Shown: positions 1-13,428 of the stretch, in pieces
How positions within the stretch are numbered: position 1 is the first letter of the stretch
How the letters are laid out: the number at the start of each line of letters is the position of its first letter
DNA from: Callorhinchus milii
Taxonomy: Eukaryota
DNA length: 64,000 nt
Direction: 5' to 3'
Assembly (NCBI RefSeq): GCF_018977255.1
Contig: NW_024704742.1
Coordinates: 58,344,001 to 58,408,000 of the forward strand
Made by a program: the position numbers and the translations under genes
The notes under the pieces: model-generated
What the model saw: the letters and a program-made list of their open reading frames with translations, nothing else
The model's database searches: none
Told to the model about the DNA's origin: nothing

Positions 1-829
1 AAGGTGCAAGGATTATTTTATTAACCAGCAGGAAGGTGGGAGAAAATAAAACTTTGGTGTATATATATATATGTTTTCATTTTATTTCTTATCGGGGAGA
101 AGATTGGAACAGTGTGCAGAGTGACTCGCACTCAGATTCTCCCTCCTCATTTGGAGTTCAGGTACATTACTCACTGGATGGTACTAGAACCTCCTTGTGA
201 GCCTTTTGGTGAGCAGCACAACTCTGAGTAAAATATGTGAGAGCATCTAAATTTGTCACATTTTTACTGAGCAATGGAAGCCAAGTAGTCTGTCTACCTT
301 TTTCTTTCAGTTACTTATCCATAGGAACATGGGAAAGCAAGAAAAGGCGGAAGCCATCCAGCCTACTGATCCTTTTTCACCAGTTTATTAGATCTTGGCA
401 GATCTTTTAATCCAATGACCTGAGTATTCTGGAAGAATGAGATCAAATGGGTTGAAGGGCTTTCTTCATCCAAACCAATCTTGTGATCTTGTACTAACTC
501 ACTGCAGTCAGGGAATCAACTTGGGACTTCCCTGATCTATACAACACAGGTCAGTGCATTGAGCCATTGCGAGTATCTATTTAAGTGAGGGTGTAAAGCA
601 CCATCATTCAGCTGGAGAGATAAAAAGGCTTTGATCTTCAGCGCATTACTTTCCAAACTTATTTTGGGACTGGGAAAGGTACTCCATGCACCTGCAGCCA
701 CTATAACCAAGATATGAAGTGGATACTCTTTTACTGTAAGGTAAATAAATAAACCGAAGGTTAATCATTCATGCAGAAGAGTTTAGACATCAGCATTTCC
801 TGAGCTGTACTAATATGATAATCACTGAG

Positions 830-1650
830 GTTACACAGAACACAGATACCATCAAGGGCAAGATATGGACATGGGTTCAGAACTGCCTGAAGCGAAGGAA
901 GCAGGAGCTCTTTGTCAGGAAAGCCAGGTCAAAGTGGGGATAGCTATTAAGCAGGGCTCCTTAGGGCACCCCTTTACTGGTACCCTTCCTGCTCCTTAAT
1001 TATATTAATGATTATCTGGTTTCACAGACACATTGTAGGATAGTTAAATTTGTAGATGACACCAAGTTGGGGGAAACTGTGGAATCAAATGAGAAGCAAA
1101 GGTCTTGCAAAGAGAGACTGACAGGTTATGCGCGTGGGCTGATAACTGGCAAGTGAAGTTTAATACAGATAAATTCAAGCTCCTACTTATAGAAAATAAG
1201 AATAGGAAACACATGCACTCCATGGATGGTGTATCATTTGTCAATCCACAACACAGTTTAACTTCAATAGATCCTTTATTTCAACATTACGTTTTCACTC
1301 TCCTCAATAACCTGCCCATCCCTTTCCCAGAATCCTTTCATGCTTCTTGTTTGCTTCTCATTGGTCAAAGCCCAATTGTCAATTTAGCCTTAAAGCAATT
1401 TGCAACAGATGTGAAAGCTGAGAGAGATCTTGGGAGGTGATGGTTGACTCTTCACTCAGTTTTTCTTTACCTAGAGTGTAATTAACGGCTGGAAAAAAAT
1501 TGCCAGGAAGGTTGATTAAAGCCAGGGCACTGGACTCATTTAAAAAAACAATTTGGTACTGTGAGGGGAGATGGGATAGTGAGTATTCTGGAAGGATGAG
1601 AAAAGGAGCGCCGAAGGGTCTTCTTCACCCCAATCTAATCGTGTGATCTT
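830..1650 (+). mobile_element. Old degenerate CR1 fragment
   Basis: Remnants of the FVDDTKLG and WADNWQVKFN motifs, with a CR1-like 3' end at 1470-1650. Confidence 0.7.
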
Positions 1651-2559
1651 GTACCACTGCATTTTACATCTGCAAACACTGATTGACAGTTTGGGAATAA
1701 GTAACACAGTAAATTACCATGATGTTGTAAAAAGACAGCTTAATTTATATTTGTTACTACTCAGAGTCACAAAAACATGTCATTATTTTTAAACAGCACA
1801 TTCTGCAAGGGAAACCTGTGGCATTTGTTGAAAAGATACAGGGAAATCTTTCATTTAAATAATTATATGCAAATGGTGAAAGTGGTTAGGGAATTTATCT
1901 TACAAAAGGATTAATGTGCATAATTAATAAAAAGAGAGCGGCCTTCCATTCATTCCTAGAATTACAGAAAAAACATTTGAACCTACATATAAGCTTTTGA
2001 TACAACAGTCTCCTGACAACAGAGGGTTTGTGTCTTTCCAATACATATCAGCATCACAGCCAATGTGCTCTGCATGGGATAATACAGTGAAACACTATTA
2101 AAACACACTGTGTTATAATATGGGTTCGCTTATATTTGGTTTGCTTACAGCAGGATTAGGGTGGTATCACCAAAATTTACTCAGAAACCATCCAAATACC
2201 AGAAAGCCAGCCAATTTGCTTCAAAACGCCACACGAAAAATGTCCAACCTCTGGGTCATCGAGTTGCTGTCAAAATCACATTCCACACAGTGACTGGCCC
2301 TCTGCCTGCATCCGCAAAGTATGAGGAGCCCCAAATGGCTATCGCTCTTCATTATAATGTTCATTGCATTTTTATGGACTCCGACTGTCATAGCGTAATT
2401 GGGCTCTATTGTAGAGGGGTCTCAGTGAGACACAAGCTAATAACTGCATCAAAACAATCTCATAAACTGCAGACACACCCCCAGCGAGTACTGAGCTTTT
2501 GACGTACATTTAAGTTTAAGTTAAAAGCAGTAACCAGGAATGGGAAGAATGATGATTTC

Positions 2560-2960
2560 CACTTAGAACCAAGCAAGGGAGAAAGGGGAGGTGGCCACAG
2601 GAGCATTCAAAGAGGTAGACTTTGAGACGGGATTTAAATACCGAAAGAAAGGAGATGAGACAGAGTGTCAAAGGGAGGGAAGTCTAGAGGTTAGGGAATA
2701 GGAACTGAAGTCTCGGCCACCAATAGTGGCACAAAGGGCCAGGAAACATGCAGCAAGTCCAAGTTAACTTAGCAGAGGTGGCAAGCAGAGGAGTAGGATA
2801 GATGAAAGTCGGAGAGATAAGGAGAAGCCAGGGAGGGCCAAGGTTTGTAGGACCTTGTAATCAATCTGCTGGTAGATGGGCTAGATCTGGGGTGATGGGC
2901 ATGCAGATTTTGGCAAGGGTGAGGATGCAGGCAGCAGAGTTTTGAATTTGTTGCAGCTTT
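2560..2960 (-). mobile_element. Degenerate L2 fragment
   Basis: KLQQIQNSAACILT..PITPDLAHL in ORF 2861-3121. Confidence 0.7.
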
Positions 2961-5900
2961 TGGATGGTGGATTGAGGGAAACCAATGAGATGTGATGAAA
3001 GCATGGATGAGTGTTTCATTGGATTTTGGTGTGAGATGCTGTGTTTCACTCGCAAAATACAGTCAATCCACTTTACAGTATAACCTGTGAAGCATTTTGA
3101 GATGTCTTGACAACATGACAAGGTACTATATCAAACGCAAGGATTATTATTTATTATATATAACATTACAGCACAGAAACAAACCATTCAGCCCAACTTG
3201 TGTTTATAATAATGAGCGTCCCCTCCACCTAATTCCTTCTCCCATATCCTCCTATTGCTTTCTCCCTCACAAACAAATCAGGTTTCCACTTAAATACGTT
3301 GATGCTTGGTAGTTAGATGACAGAGTAACTAGCGATCATTTACAAAACTTGATCTTAAACTTAAATCCATTGTCAAACAAAACACCTTAGTATCATCTCT
3401 TCATCGTTGAACTCTATAATCTTGTGTATCCTTGGTGATGTGCAGCTATAATGGGAAACATCATAAAAGGCCAACCTTGCAAAGGGGGAAACGTGTGTAA
3501 CACTAAATGGAATTTTCACACCGTACTTACACAAGCATCAGCAACCCTCCAGTACCAAGTGACCAATCTTCAGATATGCACTTAGATAGTGAATGTTGTC
3601 AGGCTTTTCAATTTGTGTGAGAGATCACAGCAAAGTCTAATCCTATCTTCGTTCAATATTCACACAATCACTGAGATTAACTAACTCGGTCCAAACGGTG
3701 GATCAAACTGATCTGTGGCTCAGCACACATCTCACAGAGCATTTAGCCACTGGGATATCTGGAGAGCTCAAATACAGCAAAAGTTGCTTTGGTACGAGTT
3801 GAAATAAATCAATTGCTGCATTCCACTTACACAATACACAGTCAATCCACTTTACAGTATATTCTGTGAAGCGCTTTGAGACATTTCAATGACGTGATAA
3901 AACACTACATCAAATGCAAGGATTATTATTATTATTGATCATTTTAATAATTTCTCTCTGATTCTCCAAAAGAAAAACAAAAGAATGCCCCTCCGCTTCC
4001 CATATGGCTAAGCTCATGAATGCACTGCCTTATGCAATAGATTGTACAGACTAGACTGTGCAGTGTACGGACTTCACAAACAGCGCAGGATTGCAAAATT
4101 ACTGCACATTGTGCGCTGTGAAGTTTCCATCCGACTTAAGATGTGAGCTAGTGATGGCAGCTATGCCAGCAATGTGCGAACATCACCGCAAAGTGGGTTT
4201 GGAATCTCCGAGCTTTTAATTCTGACATGGGCTCCACAAATACATGATCTTTCCATTCCTGGCAAGCAGTTCCAGTTGCAGTTCCAGAATCAGCCGGCTC
4301 TTATTCTAGGGCATCTTGCCAGTACAGGATTCAGAATTCACTGATTCATTTCACAGTGCAACACATCTAGGAGGAAGCTCTCCTCTTTCACATGCCTGTT
4401 CCATTGGTTGTCTAGTTCACGAGGGAGGACTTAATGCCCAGATTTAGAATATGGCTTAGATTTGAAAACAATTCCCTGTATATTTGGAAATGCTGATAGC
4501 TATCACATGTGATGATGCTTATATTTCTAAAATAGTAGACACATGTCACATATTGAAGACATATACAGATTTCTTTTTATAATAATATAATTCTTGCATT
4601 TGATATAGGGCCTTATCACATCTTTGAGATGTCTCAAAGCGCTTCATAAAATATTCTGTTTTGTGGGTGAAACTCAGCAGCCAATTTTGCACAGTGGTGT
4701 CCCACAAACAGTCATGGATTGAGTGACCACATTATTACTTTTTTTTGAAAAAAACTTTGAAAATATTTCAAGGGATTATTACTCCTGGAAAAGCGAAGTG
4801 GATATACCAATCAGATAACAACCAGGTTCCTACTTTCTGCTAGATAAACAGACACGTGTGGAGTAAGGAAACTTGCCCAACATTTCGCCCAGCCGCAAAT
4901 CAAACCCAGGTCCTCTCGCTTGCGAGTTGAGTGCTCTAACCACTAAGATACAGCACTCCACACTTTTTAAAGCAGGAACAGCAGGGACTCTGGTCATGAG
5001 CCCAACAGCCAGGTTTGACTCACAGAGGCATGTATGTCTACCAGAAGTGAAAAACTAGGAGATTACTTTAATGGTAGGCCCATGCTTCTTGAATCTAACA
5101 ATAATTCCGAACTAGAGCAGTTTACAGAGGTGAACAGAAGTGACATATCACAATTAATTTAATTTCCTTTTTGCTGCTAAAAACGAGGGGAAAAAAACAA
5201 CTATAAAGCCAGCTGACGTTTTTATTTGTTTATATTAAAATAACACGCTTTAAATGCCACTGAGTCAGGAGATGCAAGTCAATTGTTAAAAGAATTTTGC
5301 AGGGAAAACTTCACACGATCTACAGCCCATGTTACCAGCTAAACTGATGGGCTCCCCAGACAGCCTGTCATAATGATTCCATTCCACCCCATCACTGAAC
5401 TAGCATTCTTTGCTAACCTCCAGCAAGTGTTCAATTGCATCTCTACATTCAACTAAGCAATTCACAGAAAATATATTGCAGGCTTCAGCAGTTCATGTGT
5501 CTGCCCAAACCTTAACAAGTTTGTGAGCGTGAAAGTGCAGAGAAAATGGATTTAAGGGGATCTCAACGGGTGGTGTGGTACCAGGTCATGCAGTCCATCA
5601 TAAGGAGGAGATGGTAAGGAAAATTGAATGCCTTTTGGCCATCAAGCTCATTCCATCCTCAGGTCATGCACAATTTGCCCTTTCAATGGACTCCATTCAA
5701 CCCACTCAATCTGTTCAGGCAACTGAATTAACCACTGCTCCAAACTTTAAGATAAAAACACTTGTCATATTTCCCCTCATCTCACAAAGCTAACTGAGCA
5801 AAACACTTTCTTAATTTTACTGCATCATACAGAACCCATAAACCAACACTGACAAGGTTTCTAGAGGTGCCACATCCATAGTCCCACCAGTACAGAGACA

Positions 5901-6214
5901 ACTGTGTTGTGTGGACATCTGATTATATGTATCAAGGCTTATCCTAGGAACCTTCAACCCTCTTAACTTCACAAGAATGATTTCCTTTGAATAATTTGAT
6001 TCACACATTAACTGCTTGTGTTGGAAGTGCAGAAAGAAAGTATGGGAGAGGAAGCACCATAAGCACACATCTTCGGTTGCTCTCTGAATACCTTACCCAA
6101 AGTTATATGTCAGCCTGGCTCAGTTGGTAGCACTCTTACCTCTGAGTCAGAAAGTTGTGAGTTCAATCCCCAACATTGGGTCTTTCTACTTGCAGTCCAG
6201 GCTGCCACTCTGAT

Positions 6215-6755
6215 GCAACTCCTCCCTCCACAGGCTGCAGATAATCCAGAACTCTGCAGCCCGTGTCCACTCCTGCACCAAACTCCGTGACCCCATCTCC
6301 CCCATTCTCGCCCGACTCCATTGGCTCCCTATCCTTCAGAGGATCCAGTTCAAGATCCTGGTCCTCACTTACAAAACACTCCACCTCCTCAGCCCACTCT
6401 ACCTCTGCAACTTCCTAACCCCCCTATCAACCCGCCCGATCCCTCTGCTCAGGCCTGCTCCACGTCCCTCGACCCACCTGCCCCACCATTGGCGGGAGAA
6501 CCTTCAGCCACTCTGCCACCAACCTGTGGAAATCCATGCCCCAATCACTCCGCCTCGCCCCCTCCTTAGCCTCCTTCAAGTCCTGCCTCAAAACCCTCCT
6601 CTTCGACTATGCCATCAGCCACACCACTTCCCCTCCCCTCCCTTCTCCCCCCCCGACCCCAGCTCAGGTCTGAAATGCTGTACACTATCCAGCGCCTTGG
6701 GACGTCCTCCCGACGCGAAAAGCGCTATACAAATGTAATCTTCTTGTTGTTGGTG
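6215..6755 (+). mobile_element. L2 LINE 3' fragment nested in an old SINE
   Basis: LQIIQNSAAR and LHWLPILQRIQFKILVLTYK-type sequence; tail GGGACGTCCTCCCGACGCGAAAAGCGCTATACAAATG...TTGTTG. Confidence 0.85.
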
Positions 6756-8189
6756 TAATGCAGGGGCCGGGGTGGGTGGGGGTGTTGGTAGTTACATTGT
6801 CAGAGTTGCTTCATCCTTCAGATGAGACGTTAAGCCAAGATTCAATTTGCCTACAAAATACACAATCACTCTACTTTACAGTAAATCCTATGAAGTGCTT
6901 TGAGATGTCCTCCTGACGTGAAAGGTATTATAAAAAATGTAAGGATTATTATTAATAGTATTAAACCTACTAATAATCTCTACATTTGATATGGTAACTC
7001 ATCACCAAAATGTTTGAAAGAACTTCACAGGATTTATTGTAAAGTGCAGTGATTGTATATTTTGTTGGTGAATCCAGCAGCCAATTTGCACACAGCAGTG
7101 TCCCACAAACTGCCTTGAAGTGAATGACCATGGATGATTATGACCAGGACATCAGTTCATCTGGTTGCACATTCTAGTTCAGTATTGACGGAACATTGTA
7201 TTACTGGATGTGCCATTCTTCAGAAGAGATGTTGAACTGTAGGCCCAACTCCAGTACAAATAAACCTTAAATATCCCATTGCACTATGCTGAATAAGAAC
7301 AAGAACAACAAGGAGAACAACAATTTATACTTGCATAGCGCCCTTCAAATTGGAGAGTCAAATAAGAACAGGGAGTTCTCCTGGGTTCTGTCTATGCACT
7401 ACTCAGTCACTACATTTTATAGTATACCATGCGAAGTGCTTTGATACGTCCTCTCAACGTCATACTTACGATATCAAATTTAAAGATTATTTTTATTTAA
7501 ATATTCTTCCCTCATCTAATTTCGTTAAAACACTCATTAATTGAAGTCTGCTTTCCCATTGCGTTTGAATAATATTGCTGGTGCAGATTAGCTGTCGAAT
7601 TGTCTGAAGGTGTTTCAAGGTGTTTCAAAATGATAAGGTGCAGTGTCAAGTACATGTGAAATACAGATTTGTGGATTTTCATCGGTCTGAGTGCGGTTTC
7701 GTAAAAAGGGCAAATGGGGTTCTGTTTTTGTAAAGTGAGAATTTGAAAGAAAGGAAGGGAAGTTAAATGTATACGTTTAATTAAGGTGTAGTTCTGGGCA
7801 CCCCATTTACAGAACAGATATCAGAATCATGGAAACCCAGTGAATCGCAGTGAGCTACGAATAATACAATGTAGTTCCAAAGGCATTTCAGGGATAAATA
7901 CTTCCACTGAGATGTGTCCCAGAAATTTGTGTTTGATTAGTTTTATGGATATTTACAAAGCTTTTCTTCTTGAAACAACAAATCAGCAACAGAGACATTA
8001 ACAAAACAAACAGCCAGTAAACAGTTCATAAAAACATTGACCCTGACTAATGTATTACAAGTAGACCCTTGTGCCCACGTGATTGCAATCAGTCCACTCT
8101 CCCAAATAGTTGAGATCTGTAATTATATCTGAAAAACCAAACCTTGTATGTACCTATTTTCCCCCCCATCCAGCAAATCAAACACATTA

Positions 8190-8580
8190 GCCTGGCCCAG
8201 TTGGTAGTGCTGTCATCTGTGGGTCAGAAGGTTGTGGGTTCAAACACCATATCAAAACTTTAAGCACAATGTCTAGGCTGACCAATCAATGCAATGCTGA
8301 GGGCGTGTTGCATTGACGGAGGTGCTCGCTTTCGGATGAAGTGTTAAATCACATCTTAAAGATCCCATGGCACTATTTGAAAAGAGAAGGGAGTTTCAAC
8401 TGTTGTCCAGGCCAACAACCCTCCATATGAACTGGTCATTCACTTAGCTCTTTGCGGGACATTGCTGTGCGCAACTTTGCTGTTGAATTTGCTTACAAAT
8501 ATTTAGTGACTAACTTTACAGAAACTTTGTGAAATGCTGTGAAATGTTATAGGCACTAGGTCAAATGCAAGTATTATTAT
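8190..8580 (+). mobile_element. Older tRNA-headed Deu-like SINE (representative copy)
   Basis: GCCTGGCCCAGTTGGTAG...GTCAGAAGGTTGTGGGTTCAA head, then AAAGATCCCATGGCACTATTTGAA and the Deu-like core. Related copies at about 6112, 10190, 20490, 33940, 37775, 47450, 49490, 56100 and 57880. Confidence 0.75.
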
Positions 8581-8584
8581 TGTA

Positions 8585-9179
8585 CAGTGGAAGCCGGTTA
8601 AACCGGACACATTGGGGAGGATGTTTTATCCGGCTTAAGCGGCTTCTGAAATTAACTAAAGTTCTCTTACCTCTTCCCACATAGCAGAGGAGTGGCAGCG
8701 GCACCTCCTCCCTCCCACTGCTGTTCCCATTGGACGGGAAAGGGACCAATTAGCGGCGGCTCCGAGGTGATTGACAGCCTGCAACCATTGTGAAAGCCAT
8801 TCACAAGAGGCTCTGGCTGCCAATCCATCACGATTTGATGCCTCCCATTCCCTCCCTTCATTCTTCCACGTTCCTCCGTCCCCCTCACTGATTGACAGGC
8901 CAACTCCAGCTGCTTGTGAATGGCTGGAGTCCGCTGTCAATCAATCACAATTTGACTCTCCACCCATCTCCATCCCGGAGCTGAATGGAGCCGCTTGAAA
9001 CACAGAAGGCAAGAGTGAGTACCTTCACCAGCGACCAGCGCAGTATTTTGTCCGGATTGCTGTACAAATTAAAAACCTTTTTAAAACAGGTAAGAATACA
9101 AATGAATCGGGTCCGGGGGTTTTGTCCAATTCACCAGGGGCTGAGGTTAACCGGCGTCCAGTTAAAGCAACTTCCACTG
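8585..9179. mobile_element. Tc1/mariner (pogo/Tigger-like) non-autonomous element
   Basis: TIRs CAGTGGAAGCCGGTTAAACCGGACAC and (reverse complement) CAGTGGAAGTTGCTTTAACTGGACGC, with TA on both sides (8583-8584, 9180-9181). Confidence 0.8.
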
Positions 9180-10321
9180 TATTATTAAATATAATACCGG
9201 CTCAGGATGAGGGTGTGCTGTCAACCCTAGAGGCAAGTACAGCCTTTCTTTTCTTCCTGCTGAGATGGGAAGGTCAGTCTGACACGCAGCAAAATGTCTT
9301 CAAAACAAGTCGTTTGAAGTTTCAGTAAAATATTGTACATTCAAAAAAACTAGTCTGTGTGTGAAAAAGAAGCACAGTGAATTATCCCACAGGAGATCTG
9401 GGATCTGACTCTTCAGCTTGACAAAAGTGGAAAAGGATCCCATGAGAAATGCAAAATGGACGTATTTTTCTCAAAGCTGCAATTTAACTGCTTGTGAAAC
9501 ATTATGCAGCTTGGACCGAGGACAGGAGTTATGCATCCATGGCTGGCTGTGGAATTTGAAGACGGTGCCACACTGTGCGGTCTTCCAAAAGCAAACGGAC
9601 ACAAATCAAATGATTTGCGGGAACAGGTGCCTGCCAGTCAAAGGGGTCAGCAGGGGCGGCAGTCAAAGGGGTCAGCAGGAGCGGCAGAAAAAGCACTGAC
9701 AGCTCAGGGCTGACTGCCTGTCACCAAACGTTCATGGGAGAGAAAAAGCAGTGTATACATAAGCTGCCTCAGCAGCAAGTCAGACAGACCTATCTGGCAA
9801 GGGTTCACATTTTACACATTGCTAACAGAACCGTTTAAACAGTGTTCGCAGCTTCATGCTTTCCTTCGAAATGTGCAGAGAAAACAAATTGCCTGGGAAA
9901 TTGTGGATAAAACCAATCTTTAATTATTGACTGTTTTTGAGTGTGAAAAGTCCCCCACCCCACCAACCTCGACACAGTGGTCTGGTCCAAAATTGCCTCT
10001 CAGAACTTGGGTCCCACTGCGTTTCACAGTCATTTGTAGTTTAAGTCAAATTCTTACAGTTCTCTTTGTGATAAACTCCTCCATATAACTTTAGCACTTT
10101 GATTTGTTCAGTGCCAGTGCAGGTAGGATTCTTCCACAACATCCTCACATATATAGTAGTGGAAATTCTACCTGGCAACTTGTGTGCTCGAGTCATTTGG
10201 TAGCTTTTGAGTCTCACATTTGAGTCAGAGGTTGTTGGTTCAATGCTATGTCAGGACTTTGAACTCACTGTCTGGGCTGACACTCCAATACAATGCTGGG
10301 GAGAGCTCTACGTCCAACCGG

Positions 10322-10665
10322 GGAGACTGTTTCCCCTGGTTGGAGAATCTAGAAACTACGGGTCATGGTCTCAAAATTAAGGGTAAGCCTTTACGAACTG
10401 AGTTGAGGAAACATTTCTTCACTCAGAGGGTAGTGAATTTGTGGAATTTTCTACCCCAGAAGGTTGTGGATGCTCAGTGCTTGAACATATTCAAGACTGA
10501 GGTTGATAGATTTTTAAAGGATAGAGGGATTAAGGGATATGGGGATAGGGCGGGTAAATGGAATTAGGTTAGAAGATCAGCCGTGATCTTATTATATGGC
10601 GGGGCAGGCTCGAGGGGCCGAATGACCTAATCCTGCTCCTACGTCTTATAGCTTTATGGTCTTAT
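10322..10665 (+). mobile_element. CR1 3' fragment, same family as the 35.8 kb copy, inserted in an old SINE
   Basis: Encodes GHGLKIKGKPLRTELRKHFFTQRVVNLWN; its 3' UTR matches 37670-37775. Confidence 0.9.
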
Positions 10666-12147
10666 TGTCAGATATACCATTCTTTGGATGAGATGCTTAA
10701 CTGAGGTCCCATATGCCTGTTCTAGTGAACATTAGAGATCCCATGGCACTGTTCGAAAAAAGAAGGGGGTTTCTCCCAGTGTCCTAGCCAACATTCCCCC
10801 AGATAAAATTGGTCCTTTTCCTCCTGGCACAAAACAGCTGCCATGTTATATAGTGACAACACTCTACAGTAATTCTTGTGAGGGCTACTGAGATATCCTC
10901 CTGACGAGAAATAAGCCATGTCAAATGTAAGGATTATTATTGTTATTTTATAATTTTAACCATTTGCTAGGAGATCGCATCTATCATAGTGGATAATTAA
11001 GATACACTAGAACAATAAGAGCCCCCTTCCTCCGAGCACAGATCACTTATCTTCGTTTCCAGGTTCCTTAGCATCTCCTCATAAATCTGAAGGTTGATTC
11101 CAAAAATAAGGTAACTCTGTTATCAAGCATTTTGCTACAGTTTATTTATAACGCAGTATCTTGTGATCCTGGAGTCACTGAAGTGTGGTGCAGGTCCAAC
11201 CTATGGCCCAAACTAGCTGATTTCCAGTTCATGCAACATCACTGGCACCGTGATGGCCAGAAACTGGATTGTCAGCCATTTTTTTTGCAGACCTGTTATA
11301 ATGCTGAGTAATATTAAGGACCCAAGACATTCAGTTATAACTGGGCCACTCATTTCAATGTGAAAGGTGCTATACAAATGTAATTTTGGTGTTGTTGTTG
11401 AGTGAATAAATAAATCAGATGGCAAATTCCTGAACCATACAGCCCAGGTAGTCACAAGTTTAATTGCTGATATGCACTGAATTAAAAGATCTTATCTAAA
11501 GCAGCAATGAGGGAACTGCAAATGGTTAACGGTTGGTACAATTTCCACCCGAGTCTCTATTTATTCTATCTAAAGCATTTGGAACATGGAGAATTTGACA
11601 AATTGTTGAATTCGATCTTAACTTTGAACTTTGAAGCTGTTTTTCTACAGTTCTTAATAGAAGCGTAAAGAAAGCTTGCTTCAAAATTAAGGCTGTATTT
11701 ACGAATTTACCAAATTCTGAAATTTTCCCCCTCTGTCTCTAGGTTAGGCAAGGTAAACTATAAACCAGCTTTGGGAAAATGCTTGGACCTTTTCACCTTG
11801 CCAACTCCAGAAAAAAGGGTGTATTTGTGCAGCTAAAATACAGGAAACTGGTTTGACTGAACCGGTATCCTGTAAAGCAGTACTCCAACACCACCTCTGG
11901 GCTCGATACTAAGTATGCTTGACTCATCACCACTGAATAGTTATGAGCAATGATTAAACAAGCTAGGGCTCTCAAGTCTTGGAAGAAGATGTCTCAGAGG
12001 GGAACTTATAATAGAGTTTTACAAGTTTTGAAATGGGATTAAGGAAGTAAACACAGAACAATACGTTCAGATGCACCATGACAGCAGAACAAGAGGATGC
12101 AAGTTTTGAGCTGTGAAGGACAATTTTAGGACAGACAAAAGAAAATA

Positions 12148-13088
12148 TGGTAAAACTCACATGAGTCTTATCTTTATAAATCGTATAATCGCCTAAGTCG
12201 TACATTCACCCCAGGCCCATTCAGTTTCCTATCAACTTTGATTTATTTGCACTACTCATAAGTCTCATAAGTCCTGCACCTTAATAGTTAGAGCGTTCGC
12301 CTCTCAAGCAAAAGACCTGGGTTTGATACTGTTTCCTTTTTCCTTACTCCACACGCCTCTGTTTACCTAGGAGTAAGTAGGAACCCGGTTGTTAATTGGT
12401 GAATCGCTTTTCCGGGGATAATAATCCATTCCCCAAAATTTTTAAAATAATAATAATTTGGTCACTCAATTCATGACTGTTTGTGAGACACTGCTGTGTG
12501 CAATTGGCTGCCACGTTTTGCCCACAAAATATACAATCAATTCACTTTACAGTATTTTCTGTGAAGCACTTTGAGACGTCTTGAAAATGTGATAAAGAAC
12601 TATATCAAATTTAAGATTATTGTTATTTTAAATCATCTCCTAACTCATAATGCAGTGCCCTTTCCTCCATTATGCCTGCACTTACCGACTGCATTGAATC
12701 ACGGTAAATAATATCTTGACCAGTCGACTGCTGCATTGAATAGCAGGAAATGTAGTCGTAATCCACCAACGCACGTGCAGAAGAACTTAATTTCTCGTGA
12801 TTCAATGCAATTCCAGTGCTCGCTGGAAAATGCGTATGTGACAATGGGTTAAAATGCATTGATCATGTGAAACAGAGACTTGAACCTATCGCAGCATGTG
12901 CACTTACCAGCTGCAGTGGCAAACTACCACGTGTGCTCTTATCGGCTGCATTAAATTACGCAGGCACATCGTAGGTTATTGATTAAATCGGATTTTCTAC
13001 GACTTATACAGTTTGCCTGCAACTCGACTTTGTGTAAATTATATTAAATGTAACGGCCCGACTGATACGACTTATGTGAGTTTTATTG
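12148..13088. mobile_element. Old Tigger-like element in a CR1 fragment, itself carrying a SINE
   Basis: TIRs TGGTAAAACTCACATGAGTCTTATC and GATACGACTTATGTGAGTTTTATTG with TA duplication; the flanks rejoin as CR1 sequence (AGAAAA-TA-CTTCTTTACCCAGAGGGT). Confidence 0.7.
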
Positions 13089-13117
13089 TACTTCTTTACC
13101 CAGAGGGTAATTAACAA

Positions 13118-13428
13118 GGAGTCCTGTAGCTCAGTGTTTAAAGCACTCGCCTCACAACCGAGAGACCTGGGTTCGATTCCCAGCAGGGCGAAACCTTGGG
13201 CAAGTTTCCTTATTCTACATGCCTGATAATAATCCCTCAAGAAAAAAAGCAATAAGTGGTCACTTCAATCCACGGCTGTTTGTGGGACACTGCTGTGCGC
13301 AATTTGCTGTCGTGTTTCGCCCACAAATATAGTCAATTCACTTTACAGTATATTCCGTGAAGCACTTTGAGACGTCCAGAAGACATGAAAAGCAGTATAC
13401 CAAATGCAAGGATTATTAGTTATTATTA
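13118..13428 (+). mobile_element. tRNA-derived SINE inserted in a CR1 3' fragment
   Basis: GGAGTCCTGTAGCTCAGTG head, GGTTCGATTCC B box, family core and tail. Confidence 0.88.
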